64,000 nucleotides of DNA from Verrucomicrobiota bacterium (GTDB lineage Bacteria; Verrucomicrobiota; Verrucomicrobiia; Limisphaerales; UBA11358): assembly GCA_049516255.1 (NCBI GenBank), contig JBEKTH010000010.1, positions 8,865 to 72,864 on the forward strand, read 5' to 3'. Below the pieces are notes generated by a model. The model was not told the DNA's origin. It did not search any database and saw only the letters and a list, made by a program, of their open reading frames with translations. Both the position numbers and the translations under genes were made by a program. Numbering within the stretch: position 1 is the first letter of the stretch; every line of letters starts with the position of its first letter. Below are positions 29,932-39,727 of this stretch, piece by piece.

Positions 29932-32900
29932 GCTCACCCGCCAGCTTGATTCCCTACATCAACGTCAAACTGTCGCTGCTCGGCTTCCTGCCGGTGGCGA
30001 CCGGCGACGGGGCGGAACTTGGCGATATTGTTTCCTCGCTGATTGCGCAGTACCGCGAGAAGGAGCGATTGCTGGCCAATCATCTTTGCGCCGCCGACCA
30101 GCGGATTCAAACCTTCCTCTACGATTACCTGCAGGACGTGCCGGTGACCAAACTGCCGTTGCGCACGTTGACGCTGGACCGCCCCGGCATGGCACAGGTG
30201 CTGTCGCTGCCGGTGGATCGCGATGAATTCGCCTCCAGCATTCTCAACTCCTACCGGGTCAAGCAGGGCGTGCTCCACAATCCCAAGAGCGACCGGCGCA
30301 CCACCCAGGGCATCTTTCACGTGGCCGAAGGCGGCCTGCCGATTCCCGACGACAAAATCGGCGTACCCAAGGCGGTTTTTGGGAAAATGTTGAGTCTCGC
30401 CTTCAATCCGCCCCGCGAAATCATGCGCCTGCCGTTCACCGCCACGCAGGCGCAGCCCGCCGAGTGTTTCGTTTCATTGCTGCTGCGGCCCGTCGTCTGC
30501 CCCGAGGTTCCCGGCTTTACGCCTCGGAAAGCAATGGAGGTTCGCTTCTTCGCGCCGGGCAACCTCGTCAGTAACCTCGATTTCGTCGAAAACATCTTTG
30601 GCAACGGCGGCGACCCGAACCTGCCGGAAAACGACGCCGGCCTCGACACCGAACATTGGAGCGGTCACACCGGCTGCGTCATCCTCGCGCCGCACCTGAC
30701 CAAAATCACCAAGAAGGACGCCGGCCTGCCGCCCTGGGACAAGGCCACCGAACGCCAGCGCCGCGACGGCATGTGCTGGAAGGACGAATGGGAGTTCTAC
30801 AACAACGGCGGCGCCTTCAAGCTCACCTGCCGCGACGAAACCGGCGTCATCGTCACCATTATTGCGGACAATTATTACGGTTACTGCAAGAAGGAGGTGA
30901 AGACGCAGATCAGTTACGCGGCCAATCTTTACGGCCTGTCCGAAGAGGAACACGCCGGCGGCGCGCTCGTCTTTCCCGCCTACGACCTCGGCGAGGAATT
31001 CAGCGGCGACCTGCACGTCAAGCGCATGGGCCATTCCTTTGCGGAGGTCAGTTCCGTCCATCGCGAGGCCATGGAGTTGAAGTCCGAGGGTTACGGCGTG
31101 GATAAAAAATATCCGGACATCATTTACGTGCCGGAGGACGCGCACTTTGATCTGCACAAGCAGAAAATTTCCTGGCCCGGCGGCAAGACCGAACACGCCA
31201 TGAAACTGCTGCCCGGCAAGACCTATGTGCGCCCGTCCGGCTACAAAATCCGCCTGGAAAAACCCGGCGCGAACCGCGCCTGGCGTCTCGTGGGCACGGT
31301 CGCCGAAGGCACGCTCTGCCACAAACCCTGCACCGTTTCCGGCGGCGGCAAATCGGAGATTTCCAAACCCATCACCGACGCGGTGCTTACCGGGCCGGTG
31401 TTCGTCGCGGATTTCAAAAGGGATTTTGACCAGGTGGCCGAATTGATCGCGCGCGATTATAGCGGACGTTTCCGCGACCCGGCGCGGGTGGACCAGCGTT
31501 CGATCCTCGACCCGGAACGTTCGCTCGGTTCGGTGATTAAATTGCTCATCCCCGACGAGCACGACTACAAGCCCGAATATAACGCGTGGCTGGAAACCGT
31601 GCCGCAATACCTGCGCGAACTGGTGTTCGTCGTGAAACGCTATTACAAGCCGGAATGGGGTGACCATTGGCGCGAACAGTTCAGCGTGGACATCATCAAT
31701 GGCAAGCCGGCCAATGAATTGAAATGCGAGAACCGCAAGCTCGTCACCACGTATCTGCGCGTGGGCTTCGACAGCGACGGCTCATGGCGCACGTTCGGCC
31801 TGCGCAAGGATTTCAATCCGGCGCTGAAAATCCAGGCCGAGGACGACATTACCGCGTCAGTGGTCGTGCCGCCGGGGTTGCTCAAGGATTTGCCCGAACT
31901 GGAGGCGGACCAGGGCGCCTCGGTGAAATTCGTCCTCAACACCGAGGCCCGCCTGTTCCAGCGCCCGGATGACGCCATTCATCGCGGCTATGACAAGGTG
32001 ACGGAAGCCGACTTTTCCCGGCCGGACAATTTCTTCTCCAATTACGAGCCGCTGCCGTCAAAGTTCGCGCGTGAATTGATCGAGGACGCCATCGGTTTTT
32101 ATCAGTTTACCGAGCCGATGCAGGCGCTGATCAAGAGCGTGGCGGCAAATGGCGTCAGTTATTTTGTGTGTTCCGCCAACCCACGCCTCGTGGATGGCAA
32201 ACCGACCAAGAACCCGCGTTACCTGCAAATCCGGCCCGACCTGACCGCGCCTCGGGAAGGTTATCTGGCGGAAATGGGCGCGCGGTTGCGCCGCCGTCTG
32301 CCGCCGGGCCGATCCGTGCTCAATCCCGTGGCCGCCGTGCTGCCGGGCCGCCGCAACAACCCGCCCGAAACCGGCATCCGTTCGCTCGCGTGCTACAACC
32401 CGATTCATTACTTCGAACTGCCGGAGTTGTTCATGGAGTTCATCTGCAGCATGACCGGCAAATCGCCGTCCACGACGGGCGCCGGATCGGAAGGCGCGCT
32501 CACCAAGGCGCCGTTCAATGCCCTGCCGCCCATCATTGACCTGAACAACGCGCTGGTTTCTTTCATTCTCACCGGCCATCACGCGTTCGTCACCGCCGCC
32601 GGCTGCGTCGGACCGAAGGTCCGCGTGGACCACGACGTCAGTCTGCTGGTGCCGGAGGTTTGGTGCCGCATGGCACCGGAGGAACGTGATCCCCAATGGT
32701 TGATGGCCGAACGCTGCCTCGAAAAATGCGAGGATTTTGAGCATAACGGCAAAAAGGTCCTGGCCGGCCGGCTGGGTTACCGCATTAATGCGCGGTTTGT
32801 CCGCAATTTCTTCGGGCGCGTGTTCAATCATCCGCAGGCCGTCTTCACCGATGAAATGCTGAAGCCCGAATTACAGGGCCTGGACATTTTTGTGGACGGC

Positions 32901-33326
32901 ATGGACAACATCGTCACCACCCAGAAGCGCGTGGCCAAAATGTATTTCGATGACGGCAGCATTGCCCAGGCGTGTCCGCCGTTGAAGGCGCTGCTGCACA
33001 TCATGCTCAACGACGCGTGGGAGGGCAAAGGGCTCGCCGACCCTGAATTCCGGAAAATGTTCACGCGCGAATCACTGCTGGCCGGCGGCTGGTACGCCGC
33101 GCGGCTGGCGGCGAAACAGAAGATTGACCGGCAATTGTGGCGCCGCCATGTGGACTACCTGGACAAGTTTCTGAAACGCGCCAGTCATGCCGACGAGGCC
33201 GCGCGCCTTGGCATTGCCGACCGGCTGTCCCGCGCGAAGAAGACCCTGGAGCAGGTCGAATCGCCAGCCTACCTGGACACCCTGCGCGGCACCATCGGCG
33301 CGGAACCCATTGAAAATTACCTGTAA
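29928..33326 (+). CDS. Large (1132 aa) conserved protein of unknown function; possible PPi-dependent PEP carboxykinase (hypothesis)
   Basis: ATGA overlap with the pfk stop. Uninterrupted, non-repetitive, cytosolic-looking ORF. Its ~130-kDa size and adjacency to a PFK with a PPi-type Lys fit the PPi-type PEPCK described from Entamoeba/Propionibacterium. I cannot verify homology from memory. The CDS is near-certain; the function is tentative. Confidence 0.5.
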   Translation: MSSPASLIPYINVKLSLLGFLPVATGDGAELGDIVSSLIAQYREKERLLANHLCAADQRIQTFLYDYLQDVPVTKLPLRTLTLDRPGMAQVLSLPVDRDEFASSILNSYRVKQGVLHNPKSDRRTTQGIFHVAEGGLPIPDDKIGVPKAVFGKMLSLAFNPPREIMRLPFTATQAQPAECFVSLLLRPVVCPEVPGFTPRKAMEVRFFAPGNLVSNLDFVENIFGNGGDPNLPENDAGLDTEHWSGHTGCVILAPHLTKITKKDAGLPPWDKATERQRRDGMCWKDEWEFYNNGGAFKLTCRDETGVIVTIIADNYYGYCKKEVKTQISYAANLYGLSEEEHAGGALVFPAYDLGEEFSGDLHVKRMGHSFAEVSSVHREAMELKSEGYGVDKKYPDIIYVPEDAHFDLHKQKISWPGGKTEHAMKLLPGKTYVRPSGYKIRLEKPGANRAWRLVGTVAEGTLCHKPCTVSGGGKSEISKPITDAVLTGPVFVADFKRDFDQVAELIARDYSGRFRDPARVDQRSILDPERSLGSVIKLLIPDEHDYKPEYNAWLETVPQYLRELVFVVKRYYKPEWGDHWREQFSVDIINGKPANELKCENRKLVTTYLRVGFDSDGSWRTFGLRKDFNPALKIQAEDDITASVVVPPGLLKDLPELEADQGASVKFVLNTEARLFQRPDDAIHRGYDKVTEADFSRPDNFFSNYEPLPSKFARELIEDAIGFYQFTEPMQALIKSVAANGVSYFVCSANPRLVDGKPTKNPRYLQIRPDLTAPREGYLAEMGARLRRRLPPGRSVLNPVAAVLPGRRNNPPETGIRSLACYNPIHYFELPELFMEFICSMTGKSPSTTGAGSEGALTKAPFNALPPIIDLNNALVSFILTGHHAFVTAAGCVGPKVRVDHDVSLLVPEVWCRMAPEERDPQWLMAERCLEKCEDFEHNGKKVLAGRLGYRINARFVRNFFGRVFNHPQAVFTDEMLKPELQGLDIFVDGMDNIVTTQKRVAKMYFDDGSIAQACPPLKALLHIMLNDAWEGKGLADPEFRKMFTRESLLAGGWYAARLAAKQKIDRQLWRRHVDYLDKFLKRASHADEAARLGIADRLSRAKKTLEQVESPAYLDTLRGTIGAEPIENYL

Positions 33327-33349
33327 ACGTTAATGAAAAAAGAATTTGG

Positions 33350-33490
33350 CCCTGACCCCGGCCCTCTCCCATCCGATGGGAGAGGGGGAATCATCGTCAG
33401 CCGGGCGGCTAAACCGATGCGTTTGGATTTTTCACAGGCTGCACTTGACTGTTCCCTCTCCCCGGGGGAGAGGGTCAGGGTCAGGGCGAG
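33350..33490. repeat. Pair of REP-like GC hairpins (CCCTCTCCC-loop-GGGAGAGGG with GGGTCAGGG tails) in inverted orientation
   Basis: Hairpins at 33362-33386 and 33454-33474. Flanks are ccctgacccc (left) and tcagggtcaggg (right). Same family as 44760-44800. Confidence 0.7.
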
Positions 33491-33546
33491 CGTTCGATTC
33501 GATTCCGTGCCGGGTCGAGGCCCGGCGCTCCGGAATTTCAGCGCGC

Positions 33547-33579
33547 TCGTCAATCGTCAATCGTAAATCAAAAATTCCC
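33547..33579. repeat. Heptamer-repeat leader (TCGTCAATCGTCAATCGTAAATCAAAAAT) directly upstream of the large transglutaminase gene
   Basis: Contains the 17-mer AATCGTAAATCAAAAAT (33559-33575), identical to 27482-27498. Confidence 0.6.
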
Positions 33580-36500
33580 GTGTCCATCCACGTCGCGCTC
33601 CACCACAAAACGCATTACCGGTACGATCGGTTGGTCTGTCTCGGACCGCAGGTCATCCGGCTGCGGCCCGCGCCCCATTCGCGGACGCGGATTTTGAGTT
33701 ACGCGCTCCGGGTCAAACCGGAAAAACACTTCATCAACTGGGCGCAGGACCCGCAGTCCAACTACCAGGCGCGCCTGGTTTTTGAACAACCCACCCGCGA
33801 ATTCCTCGTCGAAGTGGATCTGGTGGCGGAAATGGCGGTGTTGAATCCATTCGATTTTTTCCTCGAACCCGGCGCGCAGAAATTTCCTTTTGGTTACGAC
33901 CCATCGCTCGATCATGAACTCGCGCCATTCCAGCGCAAATGCTGGCTGACGCCGAATTTCATGTCGTATCTGGCGAATCTGCGTCGCGCATTGTTGGGCG
34001 AAGCCGGGCGCCGGACGAGACAGCAGCGTTTGGAATTGCCGGACAGTGAAAAGCTGACGACCAACGATTTCATCGTCGCCGTCAATCAACGCCTCTGGAA
34101 GGACATCAAATACACCATCCGGCTCGAACCCGGGGTGCAGACCCCGGAAGAGACGCTCGCGAAATTGAGCGGTTCGTGTCGCGATTCCGCGTGGTTGCTG
34201 GTGCAACTCATGCGCCACCTCGGCCTCGCCGCGCGCTTTGTCAGCGGCTACCTCATCCAACTCAAGCCCGACGTGAAATCGCTCGATGGGCCGGGCGGCG
34301 CAGAAAAGGATTTCACCGACCTGCACGCCTGGACGGAGGTTTATCTGCCCGGCGCCGGCTGGATCGGCCTGGATCCGACGAGCGGTTTGCTCGCGGGCGA
34401 AGGCCATATTCCGCTCGCCTGCACGCCCGATCCCACCAGTGCCGCGCCGATTTCCGGCGGCGTGGACAAATGCGAAACCGAATTTGCCTTCGACATGACC
34501 GTGACCCGTATTTACGAATCGCCGCGCGTCACCCTGCCGTACTCGGACGAGCAATGGTCGAAAATCGAGTCGCTCGGCCACGCCATTGACGCCGATTTGA
34601 AAAAAGGCGACGTGCGCCTGACGATGGGCGGCGAGCCGACGTTCATTTCGGTTGAAGATCCCGACGGCCCGGAATGGAACTTTACCGCTGTCTCGCAGAA
34701 AAAGCGCCTTTTGTCCGGCGAACTCATCCGGCGGTTGCGCCGCAAATTTGCGCCCGGCTCGTTGCTGCATTATGGCCAGGGCAAATGGTATCCCGGCGAA
34801 CAACTTCCGCGCTGGGCGCTCGCGGCCTACTGGCGCAAGGACGGCGTGCCGATCTGGAAGGACGATTCGCTCATTGCCGATGAATCGAAGGATTACGGCC
34901 ATGGCGCGAAGGAGGCGAAGGAATTACTCACGCGCATTGCCAGAATCACCGGCGCCGATCCCAAATATCTTCTGCCGGCCTATGAGGACGCGTTTTACTA
35001 CCTGTGGAAGGAACGCCGCTTCCCGTCGAATGTCACGCCGGAGAAATCCAATCTCAAGGACAAGCTGGAGCGCGACCGCATCGTCCGCTTGTTCCAGCAG
35101 GACCTCGGCGAGGTCGCCGGCTACGCGCTGCCCATCAAGCGGGCGTTGTATCCGCCTTCGCAAAGCTCCGGCGCGACAAGCGGCGCGACGGCGGGCCTGC
35201 CGCGCCGTGGCGAAGCGCAGGCGGGCTGGATGTCCGGCGCGTGGTTTCTGCGCGACGATGACACGCTCTGGCTCATCCCCGGTGATTCGCCGATGGGACT
35301 GCGCCTGCCGATTGATTCGATTCCGTGGGTGGCGGAAAAGGATTATCCGTGGATCCGGCAGCAGGACCCGTCGAATCCCCGATTGCCGGAACTGCCGAAG
35401 GAATTTCCGTATCGGGTGCGCAAACCGGAAACGACCGGGCAACGGTTTTTGCGCGGCGGCGGTGCGCCAACGCCCGCGGGGTACGGCCCCGGCCAGCGTG
35501 CGCAGCAACGCGGCGAACTGGAAGAGGAGCGCGTCGAATTGCCGCCGTTGCCGCCGGATTACGATCCGAACCGCCGCCCGGTGCAAGGCCAGAGCGCGCC
35601 GTGGATTGTCCGCACGGCGATGTGCGTCGAACCGCGTGGCGGGCGGTTGCACGTGTTCATGCCGCCGGTCGCCACCACGGAAGATTATCTGGATTTGATC
35701 GCCGGCATCGAGACCGCCGTCACCGAAATGGGCACGCCGGTCATCATCGAAGGCGAAACGCCGCCGCGCGACCCGCGCCTGCACAAGCTTGCCGTCACAC
35801 CGGATCCCGGCGTCATCGAGGTAAACCTGCATCCGAGCCGATCGTGGGACGAACTGGTCGAGCGCACAACGGTGCTTTATGAGGAAGCGCGCCTGACGCG
35901 GCTGGGCACGGAAAAATTCATGCTCGATGGACGCCACACCGGCACGGGTGGCGGCAACCACATCATCATCGGCGGCGACACGCCGCAGAACTCGCCGGTG
36001 CTGCGCCGGCCGGATTTGCTGCGCTCGCTCATCGCCTACTGGCAGAATCATCCTTCGTTGAGCTGGCTCTTCAGCAGCTTGTTCATCGGCCCGACCTCGC
36101 AGGCGCCGCGCATTGACGAGGCGCGCAACGATTCGCTTTACGAACTCGAGGTCGCGTTCAAGGAACTGGAACGCAACACGCAACGGTTCGGCTACACGCC
36201 GCCGTGGCTGTGCGACCGCCTGTTCCGCAACCTGCTGATTGACGCCAGCGGCAACACCCATCGTGCCGAGTTCAGCATCGACAAGCTGTTCCCGCCGGAA
36301 AGCAGCGGCGGCCGGCTCGGCCTGGTCGAAATGCGTGCGTTTGAAATGCCGCCGCATGCGCGCATGAGCCTGGCGCAGCATCTGCTTCTGCGCGGTCTCG
36401 TGGCGAAATTCTGGAACGAACCCTATAAAAACGGCCTCGTCCGCTGGGGCACCGACATCCATGACCGCTGGATGCTGCCGCACTTTTGTGAAACGGATTT

Positions 36501-37119
36501 CAAGGACGTCCTCCGCGATTTGCGCGACGCCGGTTACCCGTTTGAATCCGACTGGTTCGCGCCGCACTTTGAGTTCCGGTTTCCGTTCATCGGCGACCTG
36601 GAACAGCGTGACATCCGGATCGAGCTGCGCACAGCGCTCGAACCTTGGCACGTGCTCGGCGAGGAACCGGGTGGCGGCGGCACGGTGCGTTACGTGGACA
36701 GCTCGGTTGAACGCCTGCAGGTCAAGGCGCGCGGACTTGCGGGCGACCGGTTCGCTTTCACCTGCAACGGCCGGCGCGTGCCGCTGCACCCGACGGGCAC
36801 CAACAGCGAAGGCGTCGCGGGCGTGCGTTACCGCGCGTGGCAGCCGCCCGAATGTTTGCAGCCGACGATTCCGTCGCACGCGCCGCTGCGTTTCGATCTT
36901 TATGACACGTGGAACGGGCGTTCGCTCGGCGGTTGCCAGTATCACGTCGCGCATCCCGGCGGGCGCAGCTATGAAACGTTTCCGGTGAACAGCTACGAGG
37001 CCGAGTCACGCCGGCTGGCGCGCTTTTTCCGCCACGGCCACACGGCGGGCAGGACGGAAATTCCGCCGCCGCCGGTGAATCCGGACTTTCCCTTCACCCT
37101 GGATTTACGCAATGTCTGA
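33580..37119 (+). CDS. Large transglutaminase-family protein (Bact_transglu_N + transglutaminase core + DUF2126-like C-terminal region)
   Basis: ORF 33346..37119 trimmed to GTG 33580 (VSIHVALHHKTHYRYDR is a typical Bact_transglu_N start). The removed extension is the translated REP hairpins. Catalytic Cys region GSCRDSAWLLVQLMRHLGLAARFVSGY, then HAWTEVYLPGAGWIGLDPT (His/Asp). Confidence 0.85.
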   Translation: MSIHVALHHKTHYRYDRLVCLGPQVIRLRPAPHSRTRILSYALRVKPEKHFINWAQDPQSNYQARLVFEQPTREFLVEVDLVAEMAVLNPFDFFLEPGAQKFPFGYDPSLDHELAPFQRKCWLTPNFMSYLANLRRALLGEAGRRTRQQRLELPDSEKLTTNDFIVAVNQRLWKDIKYTIRLEPGVQTPEETLAKLSGSCRDSAWLLVQLMRHLGLAARFVSGYLIQLKPDVKSLDGPGGAEKDFTDLHAWTEVYLPGAGWIGLDPTSGLLAGEGHIPLACTPDPTSAAPISGGVDKCETEFAFDMTVTRIYESPRVTLPYSDEQWSKIESLGHAIDADLKKGDVRLTMGGEPTFISVEDPDGPEWNFTAVSQKKRLLSGELIRRLRRKFAPGSLLHYGQGKWYPGEQLPRWALAAYWRKDGVPIWKDDSLIADESKDYGHGAKEAKELLTRIARITGADPKYLLPAYEDAFYYLWKERRFPSNVTPEKSNLKDKLERDRIVRLFQQDLGEVAGYALPIKRALYPPSQSSGATSGATAGLPRRGEAQAGWMSGAWFLRDDDTLWLIPGDSPMGLRLPIDSIPWVAEKDYPWIRQQDPSNPRLPELPKEFPYRVRKPETTGQRFLRGGGAPTPAGYGPGQRAQQRGELEEERVELPPLPPDYDPNRRPVQGQSAPWIVRTAMCVEPRGGRLHVFMPPVATTEDYLDLIAGIETAVTEMGTPVIIEGETPPRDPRLHKLAVTPDPGVIEVNLHPSRSWDELVERTTVLYEEARLTRLGTEKFMLDGRHTGTGGGNHIIIGGDTPQNSPVLRRPDLLRSLIAYWQNHPSLSWLFSSLFIGPTSQAPRIDEARNDSLYELEVAFKELERNTQRFGYTPPWLCDRLFRNLLIDASGNTHRAEFSIDKLFPPESSGGRLGLVEMRAFEMPPHARMSLAQHLLLRGLVAKFWNEPYKNGLVRWGTDIHDRWMLPHFCETDFKDVLRDLRDAGYPFESDWFAPHFEFRFPFIGDLEQRDIRIELRTALEPWHVLGEEPGGGGTVRYVDSSVERLQVKARGLAGDRFAFTCNGRRVPLHPTGTNSEGVAGVRYRAWQPPECLQPTIPSHAPLRFDLYDTWNGRSLGGCQYHVAHPGGRSYETFPVNSYEAESRRLARFFRHGHTAGRTEIPPPPVNPDFPFTLDLRNV

Positions 37120-39727
37120 CGCCGACAACGAGCGGACGAACCGCGAACCGAAGATGATGCAATCCCAATCCATGGCTGGTGAAGCCGGCAGCGCCAGAAG
37201 GGCGTCGCCGGCCGCCACGGGTTTGCTCGCCGGTTACCAGGCGGTTCCGGGCGCGTTCGACGAACTGCTCGCGGCCGACGGCCGGCCGCGCCCCCATTAT
37301 GCGAAACTGATCGGCGCCCTGGAGGGGTTAAGCCCGACAGAGCTCCAACTGCGTTGGGACACGTGCCAGCGTTTTGTCCACGAGCAGGGCATCACTTACA
37401 ATGTCTACGGCGATCCGCGCGGCATGGAACGGCTCTGGCAGTTGGACCCGGTGCCCTTTGTTCTGGCGCCCGACGAATGGCAAGCGATCGAAGCCGGACT
37501 GGTCCAACGCGCGCTCCTGTTGAACCGCATCCTGGCGGACTGCTACGGCGCGCAGGACCTCATCCGGTCGCGCTGGCTGTCGCCGGCGCTGGTGTTTGCG
37601 CAGCCGGATTTTTTGCGTCCGTGCCACAACCTGCGCCCGCCGGACGATGTTTTTCTCCATTTCTACGCCGCCGACCTCGCGCGTTCGCCGGACGGGCGCT
37701 GGTGGGTGGTTTCCGACCGCACCCAGATTCCCACCGGTGCCGGTTACGCGCTGGCGAACCGGCTCGTCACCTCGCGCATCCTGCCGGAACCGTTCCGCGA
37801 CAATCATGTCCACCGGCTGGCCGGTTTTTTTCAGCAGGTGCAGCACACGCTCGCCCGGCTCGCGCCGCGCCAGCCGGACCACCCCCGGGTGGTCATGCTC
37901 ACCCCCGGGCCGCACAACGAAACCTATTTTGAGCAGGCGTACCTGGCGCGTTACCTGGGTTACCTGCTGGTCGAGGGCCAGGACCTGACCGTGCGGGACA
38001 ACAGCGTCTTTCTGAAAACGCTGAGCGGCCTCGAACGGGTGGATGTGATTCTGCGGCGGGTGGACGACGATTTTTGCGATCCGCTCGAGTTGCGCAACGA
38101 TTCGATGCTGGGCGTGCCCGGACTGGTCGAGGCGTTGCGCGCGGGCAACGTGGTGGTGGCCAACGCGCTCGGTTCCGGCTTGATCCAAAGCCCGGCGTTC
38201 ATGGCGTTCCTGCCGGGGTTGTGCCGGCACCTGCTGGGCGAGGAATTGAAACTGCCGTCGACGGCGACGTGGTGGTGCGGCCAGGAGCCGGCCCGGCAAC
38301 ATGTTCTCCAAACCTTGGACCGGCTGGTGATCAAACCGGCGTTCCGTTCGCGCGTGCGCCCCGTTCAATCCGGAAAGCCCCTGAGTGCGGATGAACGTGA
38401 CGCATTGCGCCGGCACATTGAATTTGATCCGGACCTGTTCGTGGCACAGGAGCGGGTGGAATTTTCCACCGCGCCGTCGTGGGACGGCAGCCGGCTGACG
38501 CCGCGACCGGTCGAACTGCGGGTGTTTCTGGTTTCGAGCGGCGGGGGTTATGCCGTCATGCCCGGCGGACTGACCCGGGTTTCGCCGGATACCGGCACTT
38601 TCATCTCGATGCAGCACGGCGGCAGCAGCAAGGACACCTGGGTCGTTTCCGAGGCGCCCGTCGAGGAAACCACGCTGTTGTATGCGGCGAACCAGAGCGT
38701 GGACCTGCGGCGCACGGGCAACAACCTGCCCAGCCGGCTGGCCGACAATTTCTTCTGGCTCGGCCGCTATTCCGAACGCGCCGATGAAACCGCCCGGTTG
38801 TTGCGCAGCACGCTGCGGCGGTTCAACCCGGAACGGACGGGCAGTGCGATGCCCCTGTTGGGGCCGCTCCTGCAGACGCTCGAACGGCAGGGACAGTTGC
38901 CCGGATTGCTCGGGAAGGCCGAGTTGCGCCAGAACCCGGAGGCGTTTGAAGCCGAATTGCTGGCCGCCATTTTTGATCCGGACCGCACCGGCAGCCTGAG
39001 CCACATTGTGGACCATCTGCAGCGGCTGGCCATGTTCGTGCGCGACCGGACTTCCAATGATATGTGGCGCGTGCTGAGCCGGCTCAACGAACGGCTGGCG
39101 ACGCCCGCCACCAGCCTGGTGTTGCTCGCGGGGGACGCCACGGGTGTCTTGAACGAGACGTTGATCGGCCTCGCCGCGTTCCACGGTCTGGCGCGCGAGA
39201 ACATGACCCGTGCCCAGGCCTGGCGTTTTCTCGACATGGGCCTGCGCATCGAACGCACGCTGTATCTGGGGACGTTGCTCGATGCGACGTTACGCTCGCC
39301 CCGGGCCGAGGACCCCAGCGTGCTCGAGGCCGTGCTCGAGGTGGCGGACAGTTCCATCACCTTCCGCTCGCGTTACAACCTGCTGCCGCACCTCCCAGCG
39401 GTGTTTGATCTCGTATTGCTCGACGATAAAAATCCGCGGTCGGTCCTCTTCCAAATCCAGCGGCTGGCACAGCATTTTGAACGGCTGCCACGCGACCGCG
39501 AAACCACGACCGGCGCCGGCAAACAAATCCTGGCCGACTGCCTGGCCCGGTTGCAGCAGATGGACGCCCGCGAGCTTGCCGGTCCCCGCGAAAGCTGGCT
39601 TGAGGGCAAGCTGAGTCAGGGCATTGCGGAAACCCTGGAGGAACTGCCCCGGCTCTCCGACGCCATCGCCGCGGATTATTTCGCGCATTCGGCCATTTTC
39701 CGCACCGGCCGGGAAGGGGAGCCATGA
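37112..39727 (+). CDS. Fusion protein: circularly permuted ATP-grasp (DUF404/407) + alpha-E (DUF403)
   Basis: ATG overlaps the upstream stop by 8 nt. The N-terminal half is paralogous to 25920..27398 and the C-terminal half to 27497..28540 (see those entries). Confidence 0.85.
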   Translation: MSDADNERTNREPKMMQSQSMAGEAGSARRASPAATGLLAGYQAVPGAFDELLAADGRPRPHYAKLIGALEGLSPTELQLRWDTCQRFVHEQGITYNVYGDPRGMERLWQLDPVPFVLAPDEWQAIEAGLVQRALLLNRILADCYGAQDLIRSRWLSPALVFAQPDFLRPCHNLRPPDDVFLHFYAADLARSPDGRWWVVSDRTQIPTGAGYALANRLVTSRILPEPFRDNHVHRLAGFFQQVQHTLARLAPRQPDHPRVVMLTPGPHNETYFEQAYLARYLGYLLVEGQDLTVRDNSVFLKTLSGLERVDVILRRVDDDFCDPLELRNDSMLGVPGLVEALRAGNVVVANALGSGLIQSPAFMAFLPGLCRHLLGEELKLPSTATWWCGQEPARQHVLQTLDRLVIKPAFRSRVRPVQSGKPLSADERDALRRHIEFDPDLFVAQERVEFSTAPSWDGSRLTPRPVELRVFLVSSGGGYAVMPGGLTRVSPDTGTFISMQHGGSSKDTWVVSEAPVEETTLLYAANQSVDLRRTGNNLPSRLADNFFWLGRYSERADETARLLRSTLRRFNPERTGSAMPLLGPLLQTLERQGQLPGLLGKAELRQNPEAFEAELLAAIFDPDRTGSLSHIVDHLQRLAMFVRDRTSNDMWRVLSRLNERLATPATSLVLLAGDATGVLNETLIGLAAFHGLARENMTRAQAWRFLDMGLRIERTLYLGTLLDATLRSPRAEDPSVLEAVLEVADSSITFRSRYNLLPHLPAVFDLVLLDDKNPRSVLFQIQRLAQHFERLPRDRETTTGAGKQILADCLARLQQMDARELAGPRESWLEGKLSQGIAETLEELPRLSDAIAADYFAHSAIFRTGREGEP

